The notes beneath the pieces are model-generated. The model was given only the letters and a program-made list of their open reading frames with translations. It was not told the origin of the DNA and did not search any database. A DNA stretch of 64,000 nucleotides from a virus. Its lineage: Duplodnaviria > Caudoviricetes. Where the stretch lies: IMG/VR virus record IMGVR_UViG_3300035182_001152. One strand, 5' to 3'. Positions 1 to 8,736 of the stretch are shown piece after piece (the stretch's first letter is position 1; each line of letters opens with the position of its first letter). The translations under genes and the position numbers were made by a program.

Positions 1-2
1 TC

Positions 3-80
3 TGTGTTGAACATACTGGCTGTGCACCCCTCAACATCAAGAGCGTGTACGAACGCGCCCTAGCCTACCTGACCCGATGA
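3..80 (+). CDS. 3' end of an upstream hypothetical gene (partial)
   Basis: Open frame CVEHTGCAPLNIKSVYERALAYLTR* ending in TGA that overlaps the ATG of the topoisomerase gene (ATGA, 77-80). Confidence 0.45.
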   Translation, partial: CVEHTGCAPLNIKSVYERALAYLTR

Positions 81-1423
81 AAAAGCCAGAATCCTCGAAA
101 TACATTAGCCAACAGCGTCGTGACTATTCGCTATACGTCATGCAGATGCGAGCAATCGTGGCTGCAACGGATGGCCTGAAGGCGAGCGGACGGCGCGTAT
201 TGTGGACGGGTCGCGACGGGAAGCACTACAAGAGTGCATCTCTGGCCGGCGCAACAATGCCGATTCACCCCCACGACTCACCAGAGGGGTCTATCAACAC
301 TCTTGCAGCTCCATACGGTAACAACATCCCTCTGCTGAAAGGTGATGGTGCATTCGGCACACTGTTGAATCCAAAGGCGTATGGTGCAGCTCGATACACT
401 GCCGTTGAGACGTCCGAGTTCACTAACGATGTCGTGTTTCGGGACATTGAGATTGTTCCAATGATGGAGAACTACGACGGCACTCTTCAGGAGCCCGTCC
501 ACTTTTTGCCACTAATCCCAATCGCTTTGTTGAACCCAAGCTCTGGCACAGGTGTGGGTTTTGCATCTACGATTCTGCCTCGAGCTTTAGATGATCTGAT
601 CATCGGACAGATTTCACACCTGAAGGGCGCTAAAAAGCTGTCTAACCCGATGCCAAAGTTCCGACCGCTTGACACTCAAGCGTACGCTAAGGAAACGACG
701 GAACGGGGCATAGCATACTACTTCAAGGGCAAGGTTGAAGTCAAAGATACATCAACAGCAGTGATCACGATGCTGCCGTACAGCACCTCTCACCCTGAAG
801 TGATCGCCAAGCTCGATGGGTTGATTGAGAAGGGGATCTTGCTGGATTATGTTGACAATTCGAAGAATGTGATCGACATCAAACTGAAGTTCAAGCGTGG
901 CTATCTCAGCACCGTTGAGGAAGCTGACTTGTTGAAGATGCTCGGATTAGCTGTGCGCGAGTTTGAGAATCTTAACGTGCTGGACTTCACAGGCAAAGCC
1001 GTGTGGAACACAACGCCCGAAGAGTTGATCGCTAAGTTTACCGACTGGCGACTAACGTGGTATGTTAAGCGCTATGAGCGCCTGCGCGACCTACTAGCAA
1101 TTGACATCCAACGCTACTACGACATCCGAACCGCTATCAAACACAATGTTGGTAGCGTCGCCCGGAAGACGCAGTCACGTTCGGAACTGAAAGAGTACCT
1201 CGAACAAATCAAGATCGTGTATCTTGACTACATCGCTGACCTGCCAATTTACCGGTTCACGGAAGACGAGCGTATCAAGAACGATGAACGAATCAAAGAG
1301 GCTGAGGCCCAGATGAAGGTGTACCTCGAATTGTTAGCCTCTGAAGACAAGCGCAAACAAGTGTACCTGACGGAACTGCAAGAAGTTCTAACCAAGTATA
1401 CTAAAGGTATCTACACAAAGTAA
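77..1423 (+). CDS. DNA topoisomerase II, GyrA/ParC-like subunit (T4 gp52-like)
   Basis: DGLKASGRRVL, HPHDS and AYGAARYT (catalytic Tyr) motifs, FLPLIPIALLNPSSGTGVGFAS; 448 aa. Confidence 0.95.
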   Translation: MKKPESSKYISQQRRDYSLYVMQMRAIVAATDGLKASGRRVLWTGRDGKHYKSASLAGATMPIHPHDSPEGSINTLAAPYGNNIPLLKGDGAFGTLLNPKAYGAARYTAVETSEFTNDVVFRDIEIVPMMENYDGTLQEPVHFLPLIPIALLNPSSGTGVGFASTILPRALDDLIIGQISHLKGAKKLSNPMPKFRPLDTQAYAKETTERGIAYYFKGKVEVKDTSTAVITMLPYSTSHPEVIAKLDGLIEKGILLDYVDNSKNVIDIKLKFKRGYLSTVEEADLLKMLGLAVREFENLNVLDFTGKAVWNTTPEELIAKFTDWRLTWYVKRYERLRDLLAIDIQRYYDIRTAIKHNVGSVARKTQSRSELKEYLEQIKIVYLDYIADLPIYRFTEDERIKNDERIKEAEAQMKVYLELLASEDKRKQVYLTELQEVLTKYTKGIYTK

Positions 1424-1437
1424 TTGCAGGAAAACAA

Positions 1438-1683
1438 ATGAGCAAGCACCATGTGCACACCCACTGTACGGTGATGCATGACATCGACTGCATGTCGCTC
1501 GACGAACTCGAGGAGCAGTACGATATTGAGGTTGATGATGACGGATACGTCTGGGACAACCTCGAAGGTCAAGGGTTCGACAGTCTTCGGGAATGGGGAA
1601 GGTTCATCGAAGAGCGAGACTCCGATGAACCTGAGGAAATCTTCATTCCGCGCGCTGGGAAGCGCCGATACGAAGACGACTAA
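1438..1683 (+). CDS. small acidic hypothetical protein
   Basis: 81-aa ORF with upstream GGAAAA RBS-like sequence; converges on the next gene. Confidence 0.7.
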   Translation: MSKHHVHTHCTVMHDIDCMSLDELEEQYDIEVDDDGYVWDNLEGQGFDSLREWGRFIEERDSDEPEEIFIPRAGKRRYEDD

Positions 1684-2054
1684 TCGACCAGCTCAAACTG
1701 AGTAGCAATACTCGGTCCATGCAGAGGTGTATAGCCTTCCGCGATCAGTCTGTTGGAATCAACAGACTTTTTGCCCTTGCTGCGATCAAGCGACCATGTT
1801 ACGTGGTACAGCTTCCCATTAGGACGTATCTTCGTCCCGTCTCTCATCGCAACGACAAAAGCTTCAAGACCGTCCTCCATTGCGTAACCGATAATGTCGA
1901 AGGTCACAGTTGAGCCATACGGGATGTCTTGCTTGAACGGGCCACCAAATACGTGCGTCACGTGATGGCCAATCCACTCGGGAAACTTTGGCGGGAAAAG
2001 CGTCGCCACCTTCGCACGCGACGCTTCTGTTAGAACAAACGCTTGGTAGCTCAT
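1680..2054 (-). CDS. 2H phosphoesterase superfamily protein
   Basis: Two HxT motifs (GHHVTH and YHVTWS) about 53 aa apart; ATGA overlap with the upstream nucleotidase. Confidence 0.75.
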   Translation of the reverse strand: MSYQAFVLTEASRAKVATLFPPKFPEWIGHHVTHVFGGPFKQDIPYGSTVTFDIIGYAMEDGLEAFVVAMRDGTKIRPNGKLYHVTWSLDRSKGKKSVDSNRLIAEGYTPLHGPSIATQFELVD

Positions 2055-2563
2055 TGGTGCACCACGATCTTCTTGAGTTGGGCGATTGTGTCATGGGCAC
2101 TCTTGTGCAGAATGCCAATTCCTCCAGCTTCGATCCACGGCTCGATCGACTTCTTGCGATCATCAATCAAGATCCTGCCAACACCGGCGAACTGCGCCTT
2201 GTCACGAGAAGTGCTCACAAAGCGGGCGAAATTTGCCGCCTCGTGGCCAAGATGCTTGCGCACCCAAGCCCGCTTCTCGTCCGCAGCATTCGGCAGATGG
2301 CCAGGTGCAGAGCAGATTACCTTTGGAATGTGGTACGTGCGCAGATGCTCCCACAACACGAATGCGTCCTCCAAAGGGTCCATTTCCTCGAAGAATTTGC
2401 CACCCTTGCGCCTGTGAGCAGCGAGAGCCTTCCAAAAGTCACTCTTCAGTTGCTTGTTGTTCGGGTCGTGCTCGGGATAGAACCCTGCAATTGCCAGCGC
2501 CCGCTTTTCGAAGTCTGCCAGGACCCCATCAAGGTCGACGTTGATTTCTACGATTGTTGTCAT
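2051..2563 (-). CDS. HAD-family 5'(3')-deoxyribonucleotidase (NT5C-like)
   Basis: VDLDGVLADF (DxDGVL), ICSAP, KRAWV, ILIDDR motifs; start reassigned to ATG 2563 behind AGGAGA RBS. Confidence 0.88.
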   Translation of the reverse strand: MTTIVEINVDLDGVLADFEKRALAIAGFYPEHDPNNKQLKSDFWKALAAHRRKGGKFFEEMDPLEDAFVLWEHLRTYHIPKVICSAPGHLPNAADEKRAWVRKHLGHEAANFARFVSTSRDKAQFAGVGRILIDDRKKSIEPWIEAGGIGILHKSAHDTIAQLKKIVVHQ

Positions 2564-2585
2564 CTCATTTTCTCCTATAACAGTC

Positions 2586-2614
2586 AGTATATAGCAAAAA
2601 GAAAGGCCGGACAA
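2586..2614 (-). promoter_or_regulatory. sigma70-type promoter TTGTCC-N17-TATACT embedded in a terminator hairpin
   Basis: Minus strand reads TTGTCC ggcctttctttttgcta TATACT, upstream of the nucleotidase RBS. Confidence 0.65.
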
Positions 2615-2625
2615 GCCGGCCTTTC
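2596..2625 (-). terminator. rho-independent terminator after nrdB
   Basis: 10-bp stem GAAAGGCCGG/CCGGCCTTTC followed by a T-run on the minus strand. Confidence 0.85.
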
Positions 2626-2643
2626 GTAATCGCATGTGTGCGG

Positions 2644-3648
2644 TTATTGCTTCAGAGCACCCCACACGTCATCCCACGTCCCCTGCAGAGCGCCCTTGGA
2701 GTAACTCGACTCCGTTTGCTCAAAGAAGTTGGTGTGTGACGGCAGAGCAAGCATTTCGTCGACCCAGGGCAGGGGGTTCTTCTTTTGCTTGAAGATGCCC
2801 TTGAGACCCATGCCAATCAATCGGCGGTCTGCAATGTATCGAATGTACGCATGCATGTCTTCCCTGGACAACTGCTGCTTGAATTCTGATGGATCCAGTT
2901 GCTTGTATGCAAGAGTGATGAACGCATCTTCGAGTTCAACCATCTTCTCAGCGATACCGTACAGTTCTGCCTTCAGTTCATTGGTCCAAACGTCCTTGTT
3001 TTCCTTGACAAATTCACGGAACAAGTACGTCATGCCTTCACAGTGAGTCGTCTCGTCAATGATTGACCACGTCACGATCTTTGTCGTGCCAGGCATCAGG
3101 TTATTGCGACCAAAATTCAGCAGCATCACAAATGAGCTGAACAGCTGCATCCCTTCCGTGAACGCAGAGATGGCGCACATTTGTTGAATCACCTTCGTCG
3201 CATCACCCGATTCAGCGATCTTCAGGATGAACTCGTGCTTGTCAGCCATCTCCTTGTATTTCATGAACTCGGTGTACGTAGTGTCTGGGAAGCCCAGTGT
3301 TTCGAGCAGGTGGCTGTACGCAGCGATGTGAACAGCCTCACGTGCTGCGAAGCCAAGTAACATCATCCGAACTTCAGGCTGTGGGAATGCTGGCAGGTAG
3401 TTGTTAACATAGCCAGCTGCAACATCAACGTCTCCTTGTGTGAACAGACGCAAAATCTGCGTTAGGAAGTCCTTCTGTCCAGCACTCAAACGCTTCTTGA
3501 AGTCGTACACATCTTGTTGCATTGGCACCACAGAGTGCAGCCAGTGAATCTGCTCGTGCTTAAGCCACAGCTCGTAGCACTTTGGATAGACGAACGGCTT
3601 AAATGTGCTTCGTACGTCTGTCAATTTAGTCTTCGTCTTTGTCATCAT
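2644..3648 (-). CDS. nrdB: ribonucleotide reductase class Ia beta subunit
   Basis: FTQGDVDVA, EAVHIAAYS, FTEGMQLFSSF, DETTHCEG diiron ligands; FFE near C-terminus; start set at ATG 3648 behind AAGGA. Confidence 0.95.
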   Translation of the reverse strand: MMTKTKTKLTDVRSTFKPFVYPKCYELWLKHEQIHWLHSVVPMQQDVYDFKKRLSAGQKDFLTQILRLFTQGDVDVAAGYVNNYLPAFPQPEVRMMLLGFAAREAVHIAAYSHLLETLGFPDTTYTEFMKYKEMADKHEFILKIAESGDATKVIQQMCAISAFTEGMQLFSSFVMLLNFGRNNLMPGTTKIVTWSIIDETTHCEGMTYLFREFVKENKDVWTNELKAELYGIAEKMVELEDAFITLAYKQLDPSEFKQQLSREDMHAYIRYIADRRLIGMGLKGIFKQKKNPLPWVDEMLALPSHTNFFEQTESSYSKGALQGTWDDVWGALKQ

Positions 3649-4240
3649 GTTTATCATCCTTGATAATTTGCTCGATGCCATACTTTGGTATCGGTAGTTG
3701 TTTGATCACAGCTCGTATCCACGTCGCACGTGGTATCCCTAACTGTTCATATCCTAACTTGCCATATTGGTATGTTTTTGTAGTTCCATCCATAAACACA
3801 ACCGTATGGGGTGCAGCTGTTGGATTCTTTTCAGGCTTACCGCGCATTGGATTCTGGTCACCGGACATACGCTTTGATGCTGCTCTTCGAGATTGCGCTG
3901 TACGTCCAGGATTGTTAATTTTGTGGTGCCATTTCTTAAACTCAGAATAATTACGCTTAATAGTGTCAATCATTCGAGCAGTGAGAAGCCGATGTCCATG
4001 TGGATCACGAAGCATGCACAGAAATGCATATTGAATTCCAGCTTCAGTTGGATGCATTTTGCATAACAAATGATGAGCAACGTAATGCTCTTTATAGGTT
4101 AGCCTAACAAGATTCTCCTTTTCGTTAGTCCCACCCATTGCTTTGGGAACTTTGTGGTGAACCTCATATCCTTGTTCACGTTTATGACCGCGATGAGATC
4201 GTGTTTCAATTAGTTGTTGATATGCTTTGAAATAGTCCAT
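3626..4240 (-). mobile_element. free-standing HNH homing endonuclease between nrdA and nrdB (same position as T4 mobE)
   Basis: YEVHHKVPKAMGGTNEKENLVRLTYKEHYVAHHLL HNH motif; C-terminal NPMRGK NUMOD3-like segment; AT-richer than flanks. Confidence 0.88.
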
Positions 4241-4262
4241 GGATCCCTCCATGGACTATTTA
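4230..4262 (-). promoter_or_regulatory. late promoter (TAAATA) overlapping a 13-bp RBS/AUG-sequestering hairpin
   Basis: AAATAGTCCATGG (4230-4242) / CCATGGACTATTT (4249-4261); mRNA GGAGGG spans the loop; TATTTA at 4257-4262. Confidence 0.85.
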
Positions 4263-4288
4263 TTAGCCTTCGCAACCTTCCGCGAGGG

Positions 4289-6094
4289 TCAACCTTGACA
4301 CGCCAAACAATCTTCGCCTTCGGCAACCTTACGCATTGTCTCAATTTCCTCTTCAATCCGAACTCGCTTGACACGCTTACCAACCTTGTCGGTGTTCGCC
4401 AGCTTTTCAGTGCGGACGTAATACATTGCCTTCGCACCCTTTTTCCAAGCAGAGAAGTGGATCATGTGCAGCTTAGCAATAGAAATGTCGGGACGAATGA
4501 ACACGTTGAACGATTGGCCCTGATCAATGTACGGCTGACGATCTGTCACGTGCTCAACAGTCCACAATTGGTCAATTTCAGACGCACACTTGAACACGTC
4601 TTTCTCATCCTGTGTCAGACAATCCAAAGACTGCGCTGATCCTTCGTCTTGAACGATTTGTAGCCACGCCTGATCGTAATTGCATCGGCCTTGTGCAGCC
4701 TTGACCTTCAGCAGCTCGTCTAGTTGCTTGTTCTTCTGAATGAACGTCCCCGACAGCGTGTCCTGCCGGAATGCATTTGCGCGCCACGCCTCACCCGACG
4801 GCGAAACATTACCGCAGATCAGAGCATTGCTCGCCGTGGGTGCAAGAGCGCTCATATGAGCAAAGCGAAGGCCGGTACCTTCCAGCCACTTCGGCGATCC
4901 ACGTTCAGCGCCGAGATCGGCATTGGCACGCTCCAGGTGAGCGTGGAACTGCTTGAAGATTCGAATATTCGTCGACTTTGCGATAGCACAGTCGAACGGA
5001 ATCAGGTGCTTCTGCAGGTATGAGTGGAAACCCATAATCCCAATACCAATCGAACGCTCTTCAACGGCCGACTTGATGGCACGGGAAATCTGATGAGGAG
5101 CATTGTCGATGAAGTACTGCAGGACGTTGTCCAGCATCTCTGCAATGTCCTTGAAGAACTGGTAGTTGTCCTTGTACTCATCCCAGTGAGCCAGATTGAT
5201 CGAAGACAGGCAGCAGACAGCAGTTGTATCCTTGTCCGTCATCAGCTCAATCTCAGAGCACAGGTTGGACTGCACAACTTTGTAACCGCGTTCCTTGAGG
5301 ATCGGACGGATCGCCTTGTTGACGTTCCCCACAAAGTGGATGTACGGCTCACCGCGGCCTTGGCCAGCACGAAGCTCGAGGAGCTTTGTCCACAATTCGC
5401 GCGCTGAAACCGTTTCATGTAGCTTGCCAGACTGAGGATCGCGCAGTTCCCATGAGTCATCAGCATTCTCGTCGTACATGCAGCGTTCAATGATCTCCAT
5501 GAACTCATCAGGGATATTAACGCCATGGTGGAGGTTTAAGCAGCGACGATTCTGGTCGCCAGTTTCCTTGCGCATTTCAAGGAATTCGGTGATATCTGGG
5601 TGGCTGATATCAAGATACATAGCGTAGCTGCCGCGCCGAGTAGTACCCTGCTTGTACGCTAGACTGGAACGATCGTATACGCCCATGTGCGGTAGAACAC
5701 CAACGGACTTCTCATCGGCGCCGCGGGTGCCAAAATACACACCAACACCACCTCCCAGCATAGACAGCCAGTTCGTTTCCGACAGAGCGTCTACCAGACC
5801 TTCCTTGGAATCGTGAACGTTCACTAGGAAACACGAAATTGGCAGGCCTACCTTGTTGCGGCCGAATGATAGAACCGGGGTGGAGTAGCCTAGCCAGTGC
5901 TTGCTTGCATAGTCATACAAGCGCTGTGCGTGTTCTGGGTTGCTGCCGAAAGCGTGCGATACGTATGCGTATCGGTGCTGCGGCGACGTCTCGTTGTCCA
6001 TCATGTACGAGTCTTTGAGACGTTGAATACCGATCTCATCGAGCAATGCATCGCGCGATGTGTCAATTTCGATGCCTAAGTACACATCTTTCAT
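4289..6094 (-). CDS. nrdA: ribonucleotide reductase class Ia alpha subunit (no N-terminal ATP cone)
   Basis: PISCFL, VQSNLCSEI, CCLSS, LAPTASN, KAMYYVR and C-terminal CLACQG; 601 aa. Confidence 0.95.
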   Translation of the reverse strand: MKDVYLGIEIDTSRDALLDEIGIQRLKDSYMMDNETSPQHRYAYVSHAFGSNPEHAQRLYDYASKHWLGYSTPVLSFGRNKVGLPISCFLVNVHDSKEGLVDALSETNWLSMLGGGVGVYFGTRGADEKSVGVLPHMGVYDRSSLAYKQGTTRRGSYAMYLDISHPDITEFLEMRKETGDQNRRCLNLHHGVNIPDEFMEIIERCMYDENADDSWELRDPQSGKLHETVSARELWTKLLELRAGQGRGEPYIHFVGNVNKAIRPILKERGYKVVQSNLCSEIELMTDKDTTAVCCLSSINLAHWDEYKDNYQFFKDIAEMLDNVLQYFIDNAPHQISRAIKSAVEERSIGIGIMGFHSYLQKHLIPFDCAIAKSTNIRIFKQFHAHLERANADLGAERGSPKWLEGTGLRFAHMSALAPTASNALICGNVSPSGEAWRANAFRQDTLSGTFIQKNKQLDELLKVKAAQGRCNYDQAWLQIVQDEGSAQSLDCLTQDEKDVFKCASEIDQLWTVEHVTDRQPYIDQGQSFNVFIRPDISIAKLHMIHFSAWKKGAKAMYYVRTEKLANTDKVGKRVKRVRIEEEIETMRKVAEGEDCLACQG

Positions 6095-6344
6095 GTAAGA
6101 GTACCTTTGTTGTTGTTATTAGAATTAGTTACCAATGATCACGCGCATACGTACGACTGGACCCAGTCGCCCCAACATTGCATTGGGAGGAAGAAGAAGA
6201 AGAACGGTCGACAGACCGTTTTGGTGTTGATGTCGGTTCATAGGTGGCCTATTTAGTGTTGTTATTTTGAACCGTCGGAACGAACTGAAAGACGCTGCGG
6301 TAGTCTCATTTCATTTTAGCTGACCCCTCTGTTTGTTATCAACA

Positions 6345-6373
6345 GTTGACGATCGATTAACAATTCGTATACT
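6345..6373 (+). promoter_or_regulatory. sigma70-type early promoter GTTGAC-N17-TATACT
   Basis: GTTGAC 6345-6350 and TATACT 6368-6373; identical spacing recurs at 47403-47431. Confidence 0.7.
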
Positions 6374-6443
6374 GAAAAGCGTTAGTTCGTGATCTGCAGC
6401 CCGCAGATCGTTTTCATCAACTGTCATCCATAGGACACCCACC

Positions 6444-6719
6444 ATGGCAGAAAAAGAAGCCCCCAAGGAAAAGGATATCGGTCAGATCGTCCGTTACCTG
6501 ACGACCACGTTCAATCAGGCTACCAGTCAACTCAACCGTCCCTTCCGCAGCAACGCTAAGGGCGCCAACCAGGCGTATCAGTTGCAGACTGCGTTCGCCT
6601 ACCTGCTGAACGAGGTTGTGCAAGGCCCACGCTGCGTCCTGCAGAAGAACATTGCAGCTTGCAATGAGTTCATCGATCAGGTCATTCAAGACCTGAATCA
6701 AGAACAGGCCTCTGCCTGA
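6444..6719 (+). CDS. hypothetical protein (probably early, helical)
   Basis: 91-aa ORF with AGGA RBS downstream of the sigma70 promoter. Confidence 0.7.
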   Translation: MAEKEAPKEKDIGQIVRYLTTTFNQATSQLNRPFRSNAKGANQAYQLQTAFAYLLNEVVQGPRCVLQKNIAACNEFIDQVIQDLNQEQASA

Positions 6720-6739
6720 ACCGAGCGGTCTCAGTGACA

Positions 6740-6745
6740 TAAATA
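6740..6745 (+). promoter_or_regulatory. late promoter TAAATA
   Basis: Intergenic CATAAATA 25 nt before the 6771 start. Confidence 0.65.
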
Positions 6746-6770
6746 CCTCGGTTGCAAAACTGGGGTAACC

Positions 6771-7349
6771 ATGCTCATTGAAGACCTTATCGGGACGAAT
6801 GTCGGTGTCGGCATTCAAGAAATTCAGACAATCAAACGAGAGTGCTCGCAATTCCTAACGGAAGCTGCGGGCTCTCCGTTGTTGAAGGCTCTACCCGAAA
6901 CGTACTTCAACTTCCACAAAGTTAAGGTGCGCTTGCAAAAGCGCCATGATCAAGTGTCTGAGGTATTTGAACGGGCGTTTGGGAGTGAGTTTGCGAACCT
7001 TCGCCAACGAGCTGTGTTCTCATACCCCGTAAAGCCCCACATTCATGAGGGTTCGGACTTGTTCTACGTGTTTCCGATCAACGGATACAAGTACCTATAC
7101 AGCAAAGAAGTATCAAACTCTGGTACGGAGTACCAGCACGTAATCGATACGATGTGTGAGCAATTTGATGACCCATCTCAGGCTTCTGACCTTGTTTCAG
7201 ACCTGTTGAAGTATACGTACGTTTCAGATAACCTACGTGAAGGGATTGCTGCCGACTCAGAAATCATCCTGTACGGCATCCCCTACTACTACGCAATCCG
7301 TGTCAATGCATGTCGCGAGTACGCGCCGTTCTTTGCCAATTGCCGGTGA
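6771..7349 (+). CDS. hypothetical protein, possible virion/head-internal protein
   Basis: 192-aa ORF after a late promoter; N-terminal LIE and FLTE gp21-type motifs. Confidence 0.7.
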   Translation: MLIEDLIGTNVGVGIQEIQTIKRECSQFLTEAAGSPLLKALPETYFNFHKVKVRLQKRHDQVSEVFERAFGSEFANLRQRAVFSYPVKPHIHEGSDLFYVFPINGYKYLYSKEVSNSGTEYQHVIDTMCEQFDDPSQASDLVSDLLKYTYVSDNLREGIAADSEIILYGIPYYYAIRVNACREYAPFFANCR

Positions 7350-7376
7350 CATAAATATATCAACAAAGGACCATAA

Positions 7377-7691
7377 ATGGCCAACATTCTGTTTTCCCTG
7401 CCTAACGGCGCTGAACTGATCGGCAAGGTTGTCGAAGAAACGACCGAAGCGTATACGATCGACCAACCTTTGGCAATTCGCCCAGTTCAAAAGGTCCCTG
7501 GCCAGTTCGTTCTCGACCTGTTCCCCCACAGTCTGACGAACCCCGAAGGCAAGCACAAGTTTAGCAAGAGCCAACTGCTCAGCATCTCACTTGAGATCCC
7601 TGACATGCTTGAGAAGGCTTACAACGAACGCACATCCAGCATCATCATCAACGGTGCTGTTGACGCTTTCGCTAACCTGATTCAGAAGTAA
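7377..7691 (+). CDS. hypothetical protein (possible Sm/SH3-like beta-barrel)
   Basis: 104 aa; TAAATA at 7352-7357 and AAAGGA RBS; L.NG.ELIGKV pattern. Confidence 0.7.
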   Translation: MANILFSLPNGAELIGKVVEETTEAYTIDQPLAIRPVQKVPGQFVLDLFPHSLTNPEGKHKFSKSQLLSISLEIPDMLEKAYNERTSSIIINGAVDAFANLIQK

Positions 7692-7694
7692 GCA

Positions 7695-8696
7695 ATGCCA
7701 AAGGTCGTAGTTAAAGGCGAAAGCGTCTATAAGTGCAACGTATGCACGCGAAGCGTCCGTGTCCCAACTAACAAACAGGGACTGGACGTACTATCTCGTT
7801 GCATCATTACACATGGATGCCAAGGCAAACTACACCGAGTGACATTGACTAAAGATATCAATGAAACCCCTGCCTTCCCTCCAGAAGTGCAGGGCGTTGA
7901 AGATTGGTTCCAACGGAAGGTGCTGTACACACATGAGCAGCCCGTCCAATCGCTGACGTGGACAATTAAGCACGATCTTCAGAATCGTCCCAAGATCCAC
8001 ATTTACGTCAACCGAATCATTGACGGCGTGAAGACGCTCGTCAGCTCGAATCCAAAGACTGTAACAATAATTGACTTGAACACCGTCCAGGTCACGTTTG
8101 ATACAGCTGAATCTGGACTTGCACAGTGCATCGCACTGTCCTCCCAAAATTCAACTAACCCATCCTCTACAGCAGCAACGGCTGCATCAACGACCGCCGT
8201 GCAGATTACGAGCGACGTTGGTGAGCTGACTCTCGCAACGCTGTCGTCCTCCCCACTTGTAGCCCTCGCGTTGACGTATCGCACGTCTGGTATTGCTCAA
8301 GACGTAACAATCCAGTACTCTGGCATTGACAACGTCGCATCGATCAATTCCCCATGGTCGGGCGCTCGCAACGTGGTGATCAATGGCAAAAAGTACACGG
8401 TTCGAAGCTTCAACCTAACTACAACACCGCTCGCACCAGCATACTTCGCTGCTGGTGATGTGCCTGCAGGCTCTGCATTCTACGTAAGCAACTACGTTGG
8501 TGCACCTCCTGCGGCTGGTGAGTGCTTGATTCTGCTCGGCTCACCACCGTACGCAACTATCGACCGTGTGTACGACAAATACATCGACGTGGCATATTTG
8601 AACTCAGACGCACCCGAGTTGTTCTATACAACTGGCAAGGGGTATGCTCAACCGTCAGTGTTGAGGTCTACATACCCGCCCGTGTTGGTAGTTTAA
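7695..8696 (+). CDS. hypothetical, probably structural protein with N-terminal Cys cluster
   Basis: 333 aa; CNVC...RC...GC cluster followed by a beta-rich Thr/Ser/Ala region. Confidence 0.7.
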   Translation: MPKVVVKGESVYKCNVCTRSVRVPTNKQGLDVLSRCIITHGCQGKLHRVTLTKDINETPAFPPEVQGVEDWFQRKVLYTHEQPVQSLTWTIKHDLQNRPKIHIYVNRIIDGVKTLVSSNPKTVTIIDLNTVQVTFDTAESGLAQCIALSSQNSTNPSSTAATAASTTAVQITSDVGELTLATLSSSPLVALALTYRTSGIAQDVTIQYSGIDNVASINSPWSGARNVVINGKKYTVRSFNLTTTPLAPAYFAAGDVPAGSAFYVSNYVGAPPAAGECLILLGSPPYATIDRVYDKYIDVAYLNSDAPELFYTTGKGYAQPSVLRSTYPPVLVV

Positions 8697-8736
8697 TCCG
8701 ACTTTTTGATTCTATAATCTCCAAATAGGAGAAGAT

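Noticed and set aside
1988-2629. Long antisense or overlapping ORFs in the ORF track (for example 1988-2629, 4214-4639, 43315-43599, 56112-56831)
   Set aside because: They are shadows of well-supported genes on the opposite strand or frame, with no RBS or recognisable motifs.
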